Position numbers and translations under genes: made by a program. A DNA stretch of 64,000 nucleotides from a virus, in IMG/VR virus record IMGVR_UViG_3300020469_000041, positions 3,404 through 67,403 of that record. One strand, given 5' to 3'. The notes below the pieces were generated by a model, which saw only the letters and a program-made list of their open reading frames with translations, had not been told where the DNA came from and did no database searches. Shown piece by piece: positions 38,697 to 47,021 of this stretch. Each line of letters starts with the position of its first letter. Position 1 is the stretch's first letter.

Positions 38697-39862
38697 TATT
38701 GCACCTGTGTTATATTAATAATAATACCCTGTCCGTCTCCTAATATTATTTCAGATTCTTTTTGATCTGTAATAGTTCTAAGTGTTGCGTTTTGAGACAA
38801 TAACATTGTTATGCTAATAACTCCATCAACATCTCTAAAAAATTTAACTGTTCCATCACCTTTATCTAATAAAGTATTATATTGACTATCAACGTCGAAT
38901 CCTAATTTCGTTCCATCGAGAGCTACTTCACTAGATAAAGCACTTCTATCTAATGCAGTCTTTTTATCTAAGTCTAATACTATATCTAATATATCTTGTA
39001 AAAAGTCAACATCTAAATAATCTATATCTAATTCTGAAAACTCTAATTCGTCATAAGCCAAATAATCTGTTTCTAGTTCATTAAATTCTAAAAAGTCTAC
39101 ATCTAATATATTGTCACTTTCGTTTTCATTTAGTATACCTTCTTCAGCTTTAACTTCTTTTATTTCTTTTGGTTCTGATACAATAAAAATATTACTGATC
39201 ATATTATTATCTATACCAGAAAGAACTACTGGTCTACTTGGAGCTGTATCATATGAAGATATGACTGATGCTTGATATGCCTCTTCTAAAGTGACAGTAC
39301 CACCAGCATTAGATATTATTATTTTGCCAGAAGCCTTTCCAGTTTCTTCATCGGGTAAAAGTATGATCAACGATTGACCTATTTCATCAATCGTCGTTGT
39401 AAAATCTGTACCCAGTATAGCTATTTCTGCCGTGGGTGTTGATAAATTAATATTAGATTTATTTATTCTTTTACCACGACCAGATGAAAATCTAGCCGTG
39501 CCTTGTACCATACGAATAGCCATCTCAGACTTAGATGGATCTGGATCGTAATAAGCCTTATCAATATAAATTTTTGTGTGTTCTATAATTGATAATTCTT
39601 CTTCATCTAAAAACTCAATTAATATTCTACCATTACCAGTAATGGCTGTATCTTTTAACTCAATTCCTGGAGTAGAAACTTTAGATACTATTATTTCTTC
39701 GCCTCCGGTGCGAATAAGAGAAGCTACTCCAGTCTGTTCAGTTATATCTCCTATAAATTCGGCTGCAGTAGCCGAACTTATAAGAAATAAATTAGTTAGC
39801 GTCAGACTGAATAATATTAATATCCGAACGATCTGTAATGAAGGTTGCATCAAGTATTGCAT
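38696..39862 (-). CDS. FecR-domain secreted/periplasmic protein
   Basis: signal-like N-terminus; D...T..GR..I.F.D, G.ARF.SG, TPTA.IAILGTDF FecR motifs; acidic repeat region. Confidence 0.8.
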   Translation of the reverse strand: MQYLMQPSLQIVRILILFSLTLTNLFLISSATAAEFIGDITEQTGVASLIRTGGEEIIVSKVSTPGIELKDTAITGNGRILIEFLDEEELSIIEHTKIYIDKAYYDPDPSKSEMAIRMVQGTARFSSGRGKRINKSNINLSTPTAEIAILGTDFTTTIDEIGQSLIILLPDEETGKASGKIIISNAGGTVTLEEAYQASVISSYDTAPSRPVVLSGIDNNMISNIFIVSEPKEIKEVKAEEGILNENESDNILDVDFLEFNELETDYLAYDELEFSELDIDYLDVDFLQDILDIVLDLDKKTALDRSALSSEVALDGTKLGFDVDSQYNTLLDKGDGTVKFFRDVDGVISITMLLSQNATLRTITDQKESEIILGDGQGIIINITQVQ

Positions 39863-40640
39863 TATTGGTAACTCCAGTTGTGGAACCAGTATTTTGTCCT
39901 ACAAAAATAAAGTTGTAGTCACCAGTTACACCAACTGTTTGATTATTATCTGCGCCATCTTCCATTGTAGTTTGAACCCAGTTATCTGATCCAATTATAT
40001 CCCAATTAAAAGTCGCATTAGTTGAATTAACAAATACATTTGTTGTATTATCGTCTCCTTGTATATCTAAATCCATGTCTAAAGAATCAGCTGATCCAGC
40101 AGTAGGATTCCAAGAACCCCAAAACGCAGTTTGGCCGCTATTAGTTCTTGACCACGTAGTTCCATTTACAGTCCAAAATTGTTCTGCATTGGATTGATTC
40201 CAAAGAGGAGTAGATATATTATAAACATCATCGTCATTACCAGCTCTAAATACAACTTCGTTAGTATTACCAACTATTGCAGAATCAATAGTTATAGTAT
40301 CAGCAGTAGTTGCGACGCCAATTTTTTGATTCCATTTGTTATAGTTACCAGTAATAAAGTTATTAATAGTAGATCCAGTAGTAGCAATTGTACCAAACAT
40401 TTTATTATAATCACCATCAAGTTTTAAGTCTAAATATGAATTAGAAACAGACATGGTCATATCTATTGACGTACCAGTAAAATCGTCTCCACCATATTTG
40501 TTACCAGCACCAATTTGCTGAATAGTAAGCTCAACATTGTCACCAGTTTGAGCTATCCATATTTCATTATCATTTGCATCGCTAAATGCATTTGACGTTA
40601 ATATAATTCCTAATATTGCGAACAATCCACTTTTATTCAT
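39792..40640 (-). CDS. curlin-repeat secreted protein (CsgA-like)
   Basis: signal peptide, DNEIWIAQTGDN..L.IQQIG.GN, then repeated (I/V)xGxxN units; directly downstream of csgG. Confidence 0.7.
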   Translation of the reverse strand: MNKSGLFAILGIILTSNAFSDANDNEIWIAQTGDNVELTIQQIGAGNKYGGDDFTGTSIDMTMSVSNSYLDLKLDGDYNKMFGTIATTGSTINNFITGNYNKWNQKIGVATTADTITIDSAIVGNTNEVVFRAGNDDDVYNISTPLWNQSNAEQFWTVNGTTWSRTNSGQTAFWGSWNPTAGSADSLDMDLDIQGDDNTTNVFVNSTNATFNWDIIGSDNWVQTTMEDGADNNQTVGVTGDYNFIFVGQNTGSTTGVTNNAILDATFITDRSDINIIQSDAN

Positions 40641-41526
40641 GTTCATCATTTTCTCCTGTTAACGGATGTTTTTCGTTTACCCCATCGTGCTGATGAGGAT
40701 GCCTATGTCCATCCTTTATTACCCAAAGGCCTCTATCATGCCCTTGGTAAATTAACTCTAATACAGCTTCTTCAATTGCAGCTCGCGTAGCGTAAGTCAC
40801 ACTTTCGTTAAAGCCTATACCGTCTTCAATCTCGATAAGTTTAGTATCCATATCAACAAATCGAAATACATCATATCCACCACCTACAGACAAGATAGAT
40901 TTTTTAGTCTGTACGTTCAACAAAATTTCACCCGTAAGAGTAGAGGTAGCTCTTAAACTTACGATTACCGAATCTCTTTTATACTGAGTTGAAGAACCAA
41001 TACCTAAGTATCTAGCTCCTCTACCTCCAGTCTCTAAGTTGGTATCATATCCTATAATACCACCTTCTAAAATTATCCCTGCAAAAAGCATAGGTTGAAG
41101 TTTTTTATCTTCAGCTGTTTTTTCAAACTCTTCTCTAGCTGATCTAATAATCTGTCTTTCTTTAACTAAATTATCAAGTCCAGCTCTTTCAACTACTCTA
41201 AACCATGTACCTTTACCGGCGGTTTTAAGTGCGTCAATAACAAATGCTTCAGCACCTTGTGTTACAGCAGTAGAAAAATCAGCTAAATTTTCTCTACTTT
41301 TTCTTTGTCCAGTTAAATCTTGAAACTCATAAACAGCAACAATGGGCTTAAATTTTGCTGCAGGTAAATTTGCTAATCTTTTAGAAGCTGGTAATGTTAC
41401 AACTACTGCCTCTTCTACACATTCTCCATATTGTTTCATAAATGTCATAGTGCAACTATCTGTCATACTCGGAAAGCTTGAGCATCCAGTTAAAAATAAC
41501 AATCCAATAACGAAAATATATTTCAT
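40633..41526 (-). CDS. csgG: curli secretion channel lipoprotein CsgG
   Basis: lipobox LTGC; VAVYEF.DLTGQRK, FSTAVTQG, WFRVVER.GL.NL.KERQIIR, EGGIIGYD.N..TGG.GARYLGIG. Confidence 0.93.
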   Translation of the reverse strand: MKYIFVIGLLFLTGCSSFPSMTDSCTMTFMKQYGECVEEAVVVTLPASKRLANLPAAKFKPIVAVYEFQDLTGQRKSRENLADFSTAVTQGAEAFVIDALKTAGKGTWFRVVERAGLDNLVKERQIIRSAREEFEKTAEDKKLQPMLFAGIILEGGIIGYDTNLETGGRGARYLGIGSSTQYKRDSVIVSLRATSTLTGEILLNVQTKKSILSVGGGYDVFRFVDMDTKLIEIEDGIGFNESVTYATRAAIEEAVLELIYQGHDRGLWVIKDGHRHPHQHDGVNEKHPLTGENDEHE

Positions 41527-42050
41527 TAGAAAGATCCAGCACCTATAGGAACATCAAGTGTTGTTGTTGTTCCATCCTCGCTCGTAACAGTAATCCTAAT
41601 AATATCTGTTCCATCTTCTCCGCCTCCTACAATTGTTTCGTAAGTAATTGAATTGCCTTCTATATCGAAGGTTCCATATGTTGATGCAGTTTCATTACCA
41701 AACATATTGTCTACCAATTGCTTAGCAATTTGAGCATATATTCTACTTTCTAAATTTCTTAAAAATTTAGCTTGTGTTGTATTATTTGCAGCTCTTTCAG
41801 CTTTATCAATTGCTGCTTGTATATCTTCTCTAATTTTATCTTTTCTAGATTTCTCTTGATTTTCAATAGTTAACCAATGAGCTGAAGTTCCAACTCCACT
41901 AAATGACGGATTCTTAAATTTAAAAGTAATTCCATCTGCATTTGCGAGTGGACTTAACAATAGTGCTAAAATAAGTGCTGGCCAAAACAATATTGAAAAC
42001 CAAACTAATGTTTTAATACTCCATTCATTTAATTTATCTAATATACTCAT
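41526..42050 (-). CDS. csgF: curli assembly component CsgF
   Basis: signal peptide then F.FKNPSFSG (CsgG-binding N-terminus); F..NLESRIYAQ; C-terminal DGTTT.L.VP; adjacent to csgG. Confidence 0.85.
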   Translation of the reverse strand: MSILDKLNEWSIKTLVWFSILFWPALILALLLSPLANADGITFKFKNPSFSGVGTSAHWLTIENQEKSRKDKIREDIQAAIDKAERAANNTTQAKFLRNLESRIYAQIAKQLVDNMFGNETASTYGTFDIEGNSITYETIVGGGEDGTDIIRITVTSEDGTTTTLDVPIGAGSF

Positions 42051-42316
42051 TTCTTTTTCTTTTTCCTCTCGTTTTCTTTATATTCTAATACTACATTTAC
42101 TTTTTGTTGTAGTCTAATCATATCTTGATCAAGCATACGAGTTTGATCAATTACTCTTATAAGAGCAAAATGCATTTCTTCTAGTTTTGGCTCAATCTTT
42201 TCACCAATAAACCACCATACATAATATATAAAATAACCTAACCCAACCATCATTACAATAGGAAATCCATATTGTTGTATTGCGTCAACTAAGCTAAATT
42301 CTACTACAACTTCCAT
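42047..42316 (-). CDS. small membrane protein (TM + coiled coil)
   Basis: QYGFPIVMMVGLGYFIYYVW; IRVIDQTRMLDQDMIRL. Confidence 0.6.
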   Translation of the reverse strand: MEVVVEFSLVDAIQQYGFPIVMMVGLGYFIYYVWWFIGEKIEPKLEEMHFALIRVIDQTRMLDQDMIRLQQKVNVVLEYKENERKKKKK

Positions 42317-42319
42317 TAT

Positions 42320-42493
42320 CTATTTCCAATTATAATATGGATTATCAAACCATCCCATATAGTAAGATAATACAAATATTCCACAAAAAATAATGACTAT
42401 GGCTAACCCTTTCCAAGTGTCTGAATCACTCCAATCTTGTCCCGCTTGTATTTTTTTCCACGTTTTTCCATTTATTCTAGTCTCTTCTGACAT
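42320..42493 (-). CDS. small membrane protein (57 aa); not in ORF track
   Basis: MSEETRINGKTWKKIQAGQDWSDSDTWKGLAIVIIFCGIFVLSYYMGWFDNPYYNWK. Confidence 0.5.
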   Translation of the reverse strand: MSEETRINGKTWKKIQAGQDWSDSDTWKGLAIVIIFCGIFVLSYYMGWFDNPYYNWK

Positions 42494-42773
42494 CCAATTT
42501 CCCGTCCTCTACAAAATTTTCTGCACGGGCTATTCTTTCAATGTCTGGAGTTAACTCTAAAGCACTACTCACCAATAAATCTATTTTAATCATGTCGTTA
42601 TTCATCGCTCTAGCGCGATTCTCCAGTGATTTACAAAACATGGTAAGTGTTCCTATTTGTTCTACTATACCATTTAATATTTGTTTTATCACTAAAAATA
42701 TAAAAAAGCCCATGACAATACTTCCGGCGATAGGTGCACCCACATCGCCTATTAAATTAAATACTTCACCCAT
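42477..42773 (-). CDS. small membrane protein, paralog-like to 42047-42316
   Basis: VGAPIAG..MGFFIF.VI; L.NR...MNNDMIKID. Confidence 0.6.
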   Translation of the reverse strand: MGEVFNLIGDVGAPIAGSIVMGFFIFLVIKQILNGIVEQIGTLTMFCKSLENRARAMNNDMIKIDLLVSSALELTPDIERIARAENFVEDGKLDVRRD

Positions 42774-42774
42774 A

Positions 42775-43020
42775 TTAGGTTGAAGTTGCTACACTTACTA
42801 CTTTAAGTCCAGCGCCACCTTCTAAAGTTTCTGCGGGTAGTTTTTTTACAAGTTCAATTGTTTTAGATTGAACTGTCATTGTACCAACTACTGTTGATCC
42901 AGTTTTATGAGTCATAACTAAATCTCCTGCAGTACTATTATATACTCGTACTAATGTAGCATTACCTACTGCAGTTGCTGATGTTAAGTTAGTCTCACTT
43001 CCCATTAATCTGATTTTCAT
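42775..43020 (-). CDS. hypothetical (probably structural) protein
   Basis: 81 aa beta-rich; AGGAG RBS. Confidence 0.5.
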   Translation of the reverse strand: MKIRLMGSETNLTSATAVGNATLVRVYNSTAGDLVMTHKTGSTVVGTMTVQSKTIELVKKLPAETLEGGAGLKVVSVATST

Positions 43021-43032
43021 TCTTATCTCCTA

Positions 43033-43497
43033 TTAGATATTTTCTAAGCGTGACATAAGTCTTTCCGCTCTGTTTGTTACTTGCTTATGCCATCTAGAAT
43101 CTCTTCCTTCAACAGCTGCTTTTTTCCAGTCACCACTTTGCAAAGCCGCATTGTGATTTTTGAATTTACTTAATCTGGTTCTACCCATATTAAACATCAT
43201 ATTAGCAATTACTTGCTTTACTTCTTGAGGATATCCATCCCATGCTTCATGTAAGATCTTACAGTCTCTGATGACTGATTCAACGTCTCGTTCGAAACAT
43301 TCAATTGTTCGTTCCTCTGACACTGCGGTTCCCACATCCATTCCAAACTCTGGATCAGATTTAAGGACCAGGTGGCCAATTCCAAATGTTGCGTACCCCA
43401 GATGATCTTTATAAATTTCATTAACCTGACCCTCGTCGATTATTAATTGTTCTCTTAATTGATCTATGTCAATATCAGTTTCTTTATTCCAAAACAT
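43033..43497 (-). CDS. T4-type lysozyme (GH24 endolysin)
   Basis: DEG....Y.DHLGY.T.GIGHL catalytic region; NMMFNMG..RL.KF; DSRW..QV..RA.RL. Confidence 0.9.
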   Translation of the reverse strand: MFWNKETDIDIDQLREQLIIDEGQVNEIYKDHLGYATFGIGHLVLKSDPEFGMDVGTAVSEERTIECFERDVESVIRDCKILHEAWDGYPQEVKQVIANMMFNMGRTRLSKFKNHNAALQSGDWKKAAVEGRDSRWHKQVTNRAERLMSRLENI

Positions 43498-43516
43498 AAT
43501 TTACTCTCCGTTATAA

Positions 43517-44125
43517 TTAAAATAATTCTAAAAAGTTAGATATAGGACTTTCAACTTCAGTTCCAAAATGATCAGCAAATGCAAATGGTGCACCACCAGG
43601 CGATCCTGAATAAAGCCAACTTGCTATTGCGTTACTTGTTCCATTATTATATAATTGAAAATCAGTAGCATCAGTTCGATTAAATGACGAATTTGGTGAT
43701 CCTGAATTGTTACTCTGATCAACATAAAAATCTACTCGTGACCATCCACTATTAGTAAATGTGACAGAACCACTTGTTGCTTTTAATGTAAATACGAATG
43801 TAGCAGTATTTATATTACTAATAACACTAATTGCGACATTTCCTGATCCATAAGGACTGCTAAAGTTACCTAGTGGTCCACCACTAAGTGTACTAGTAGT
43901 CATATTCACAGGATTGCTGTAAAATTGAGTGACAGCAGTCCAGGTTGAACTAAATAAAACACTAGATGTTCCATAAAAATCAGAAACTTGGATTTCGCCA
44001 GAACTAGGAACCGCTGCTGGTCCTAAGCCTCCAGAATAGTATTCAGATAAAGATATTGGATTTGATCCTCCAAATTCAGTTTGAATATCACTAAAAGCTA
44101 CTTGTCCAGTTGATACTATAGCCAT
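43517..44125 (-). CDS. putative virion/tail-tip protein
   Basis: N-terminal G.....DIQTEFGGSNPISLSEYY...P.SG.I..SDFYG module common in marine phage structural proteins; S/T/G-rich C-domain. Confidence 0.55.
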   Translation of the reverse strand: MAIVSTGQVAFSDIQTEFGGSNPISLSEYYSGGLGPAAVPSSGEIQVSDFYGTSSVLFSSTWTAVTQFYSNPVNMTTSTLSGGPLGNFSSPYGSGNVAISVISNINTATFVFTLKATSGSVTFTNSGWSRVDFYVDQSNNSGSPNSSFNRTDATDFQLYNNGTSNAIASWLYSGSPGGAPFAFADHFGTEVESPISNFLELF

Positions 44126-44388
44126 TATTTAATAATCTCCGTAATTAGATTTTCGAATTGTTCTATTTTTTCTACTCTATTAGGCCAAAGAATATATTCT
44201 TTCTCTGGATTTTTCTTTAAATTTGATAATAAAGGAAGAATTGAATTATATAGCTTATTTAGCTTTTCTTCTGTGACGGCAAGTTCTGCAGTTTTACTAT
44301 CTGCAGTTTTTATAGTGGACTGTACCGCTTCTAGCTCGTTTTCATCAACGGCAGTAAATCCAAAATCGAAATTTAGTAAATCACTCAT
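44125..44388 (-). CDS. conserved T4-like hypothetical protein
   Basis: FDFGFTAVDE.EL...LYN.I.PLL.NLK.NPEK.YI.WPNR. Confidence 0.6.
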   Translation of the reverse strand: MSDLLNFDFGFTAVDENELEAVQSTIKTADSKTAELAVTEEKLNKLYNSILPLLSNLKKNPEKEYILWPNRVEKIEQFENLITEIIK

Positions 44389-44405
44389 ATTTATCTCCTT
44401 ACTGT

Positions 44406-44413
44406 TATTTATA
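44406..44413 (-). promoter_or_regulatory. T4-type late promoter TATAAATA
   Basis: exact motif upstream of the AGGAG RBS of the 44388 ORF; heads the lysozyme-curli gene run. Confidence 0.7.
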
Positions 44414-44436
44414 CAAGTAAAGAAGCTAAAAGAGGA

Positions 44437-44769
44437 TTATGAGGTGGTTTGATGATATTCTGGCATTTGATAACTAAGAGTTAGTTCTTCTCCCGCTTTA
44501 ATATCTTTAGATGTAATTAAATAATATTCTGGATCTTTTAACTCAGAATTATGAAGAATATTTTTACAAGATGGATTTTCACTATGATTTATAAATGCTC
44601 CAAGTGCAGTTCTTATCCATTCACCATGATAAAAAATTCTCATGAGTCCTAGATTAGTACCTTCTGATATATCATCAGTAGCAAAAGCTCCGAGACCGTC
44701 AATAGTACTTTCCTTTATTGTAACACAACTGGGTAATGGTCTCCATGTATTAGAAAAATCAATCGTCAT
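44437..44769 (-). CDS. SET-domain protein (putative lysine methyltransferase)
   Basis: S.I.GLG.FA..DI..G, FINHS..P.C, DI.AGEELT.SY. Confidence 0.85.
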   Translation of the reverse strand: MTIDFSNTWRPLPSCVTIKESTIDGLGAFATDDISEGTNLGLMRIFYHGEWIRTALGAFINHSENPSCKNILHNSELKDPEYYLITSKDIKAGEELTLSYQMPEYHQTTS

Positions 44770-44872
44770 CTCGAGCTTCCTTTATTTGCTTTAGTATTTC
44801 TATTAATTCTTCTATAGTATTTACGTCTGTGGAATTTTCAGTATCTATCTCAACATTTATATTTATTTTCAT
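44759..44872 (-). CDS. small hypothetical protein (start re-assigned to MKININ)
   Basis: ATGA overlap with upstream small ORF. Confidence 0.45.
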   Translation of the reverse strand: MKININVEIDTENSTDVNTIEELIEILKQIKEARDDD

Positions 44873-45048
44873 AATCCAATTAATGCCCAGCCATGATTGG
44901 CTATCGCATTTAGAATAATAAACCAACAAGTTGCCATATGAGTTATCCACCATATAGTGCGTATAACTGCTACAGCGTCAGCTTGATTATCAGTTTCTCC
45001 TACTTTCTGACCTAAACTTTTAGCCCAGATTCTCCACCATTTATACAT
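44869..45048 (-). CDS. small membrane protein (59 aa), paralog of 37759-37926; not in ORF track
   Basis: MYKWWRIWAKSLGQKVGETDNQADAVAVIRTIWWITHMATCWFIILNAIANHGWALIGL. Confidence 0.6.
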   Translation of the reverse strand: MYKWWRIWAKSLGQKVGETDNQADAVAVIRTIWWITHMATCWFIILNAIANHGWALIGL

Positions 45049-45211
45049 TACCGCGTCTTACAAGTTCATTACGAATTTTTTGCTTTTGTTTTGGTTGAGT
45101 ATTATTATTATCTAATGCTGCTTGCAACACATCAGTTGAAGTTGATCTCATGTAATAGTTTTGGACATTACCTTTGCGATCTTTTGTTGTTTCTTTAAAT
45201 TTTACTGGCAT
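45041..45211 (-). CDS. small basic hypothetical protein (start re-assigned to MPVKFK)
   Basis: ends K.KQKIRNELVRRG; GGAG RBS. Confidence 0.5.
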   Translation of the reverse strand: MPVKFKETTKDRKGNVQNYYMRSTSTDVLQAALDNNNTQPKQKQKIRNELVRRGNV

Positions 45212-45807
45212 TACATTTCTCCAATAATATGTTTGTATATTTCTTTCCATTTCCAATATCTTGGAATATGACCGTTAAATGGATAATAAGCATTATGATC
45301 ATGAGCCACAAGAATAGATCGTAATCCGTAACTATCACCAAGTTCAGCATTTACTGGTTTATCTTCGATCCACCAACATTTACTATTTGCGTATTCTAGT
45401 AAAGCATCATCTTTATCTGCACCGCATGGTAAATATATATAATCATCCCATATTTCTTCACCAAATAAAAGATTCAAGTTTTGTGTTCTTAATCTTTGAG
45501 CATATTTATTGCTACTTAAAGATGATATACAATGAAACTTAAATCCGTGCAACATGTTTAATCTTTTCATGTAGTACACAGCATCTCTTAATGGCGGTAA
45601 AAATGCAATGGCAGCAGAATCGTTAAATTCAGCAACCATTGCTTTACCTAATTCTTTCGATATTCCAAATCTTTGACCAACGTTGTATTGTCGATCATCA
45701 ACTGTTGGATAACCTTTGTGATTCATATATTGAGTAAATGAATATTCCCAATCACATAAAACACCATCACAATCAACTAAAATTATATTGTCTTTCATTT
45801 CCTTCAT
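45211..45807 (-). CDS. HAD-family 5'(3')-deoxyribonucleotidase-like protein
   Basis: ILVDCDGVL.DW motif I; K..; WIEDK..N motif IV. Confidence 0.8.
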   Translation of the reverse strand: MKEMKDNIILVDCDGVLCDWEYSFTQYMNHKGYPTVDDRQYNVGQRFGISKELGKAMVAEFNDSAAIAFLPPLRDAVYYMKRLNMLHGFKFHCISSLSSNKYAQRLRTQNLNLLFGEEIWDDYIYLPCGADKDDALLEYANSKCWWIEDKPVNAELGDSYGLRSILVAHDHNAYYPFNGHIPRYWKWKEIYKHIIGEM

Positions 45808-45831
45808 AAGTCCTTACCAGTTTATATGTAT

Positions 45832-45861
45832 ATTATAACACACTTTCTGGTAAAAGTAAAC
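45832..45861 (-). promoter_or_regulatory. sigma70-type early promoter
   Basis: GTTTACT-N17(ending TGT)-TATAAT. Confidence 0.78.
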
Positions 45862-45873
45862 AGTTATTTTCAT

Positions 45874-47013
45874 TTATTTCAATATCTCTGATATTTCATA
45901 TCCTAAATTTAAAAACCAATTCATATCCCTGCCTCGTGTAACTTCCGCTGCAGTACCTAAACGAATACCACTTGTTTCAGCAAAACTTCGGGGATCATTC
46001 GGTACTCCGTTTTTGTTTACAGTAATTCCATGCTTTTCTAATAGATCGGCAGCTTCTCTTCCGCTGATTTCTTTATCACTTAAATCTACAAGAACAATAT
46101 GACTGTCTGTTCCTCCAGTAGCAATACTATAGCCACCCATTTTAAGACCATCAGCAAGTAATTTAGCACTGTTTTTTACTGCTGTAATATAGTCACGAAA
46201 CTCTTGAGTATTTGCTTCTATAAAGCATTGTGCTTTTGCAGCAATAATATTCATAAGAGGGCCGCCTTGTGTTCCTGGAAATATTGCACCATTTATTTTC
46301 TTTGTTAGCTCAGGATTATTCCACAGTATCATACCACCACGAGGACCACGAAGTGTCTTATGTGTTGTACTCGTTACCGCATGAGCATAGGGCAAAGGAC
46401 TAGGGTACTGTCCTCCAGCAATCAGTCCACTATAGTGTGCCATATCGCACACAAGATATGCGTTTACTTCTTTTGCGATATCTCTGAATGTAGACCACTC
46501 AATTTCTCTTGGATACGCACTTGCTCCTGCAACAATAACTTCAGGATTATATCTTTTGGCAAGACTTCGTACTTGTTCATAATCAATCCAACCTCTGTCG
46601 TTTACTCCGTAAGTATATGCGTTGTAATACTTTCCGCTATGCGTTGGAGGTGCTCCATGACTAAGGTGTCCACCACTTGCAAGATCCATGCCAAGAATCG
46701 TATCTCCTGGTTGCATCAGTGCTTGGTAGACTGCTGAGTTTGCATTGACCCCGCTGTGAGGTTGTACATTTGCAAACTTGCATCCATATAGCTTTTTCAC
46801 TTCTTCTATCGCAAGAGTTTCTATTTCGTCCATGTATTCACAGCCGTTATAGTATCTCTTGCCTGGATAACCTTCTGCATATTTATTTGTAAAGACACTA
46901 CCACAAAGCTCGCGAACAGCGTCACTCGCAAAGTTTTCACTTGCTATTAATTCAATAGTAGAAGCTTGTCTATTGTATTCTTGGTTTAAAATTGAACGTA
47001 TCTTATTGTCCAT
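45874..47013 (-). CDS. glyA: serine hydroxymethyltransferase
   Basis: LIASEN, NKYAEGYPGKRYY.GC, NVQPHSG, GGHLSHG, TTHKTLRGPRGG (PLP Lys), FPG.QGGP. Confidence 0.97.
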   Translation of the reverse strand: MDNKIRSILNQEYNRQASTIELIASENFASDAVRELCGSVFTNKYAEGYPGKRYYNGCEYMDEIETLAIEEVKKLYGCKFANVQPHSGVNANSAVYQALMQPGDTILGMDLASGGHLSHGAPPTHSGKYYNAYTYGVNDRGWIDYEQVRSLAKRYNPEVIVAGASAYPREIEWSTFRDIAKEVNAYLVCDMAHYSGLIAGGQYPSPLPYAHAVTSTTHKTLRGPRGGMILWNNPELTKKINGAIFPGTQGGPLMNIIAAKAQCFIEANTQEFRDYITAVKNSAKLLADGLKMGGYSIATGGTDSHIVLVDLSDKEISGREAADLLEKHGITVNKNGVPNDPRSFAETSGIRLGTAAEVTRGRDMNWFLNLGYEISEILK

Positions 47014-47021
47014 AATAATTC

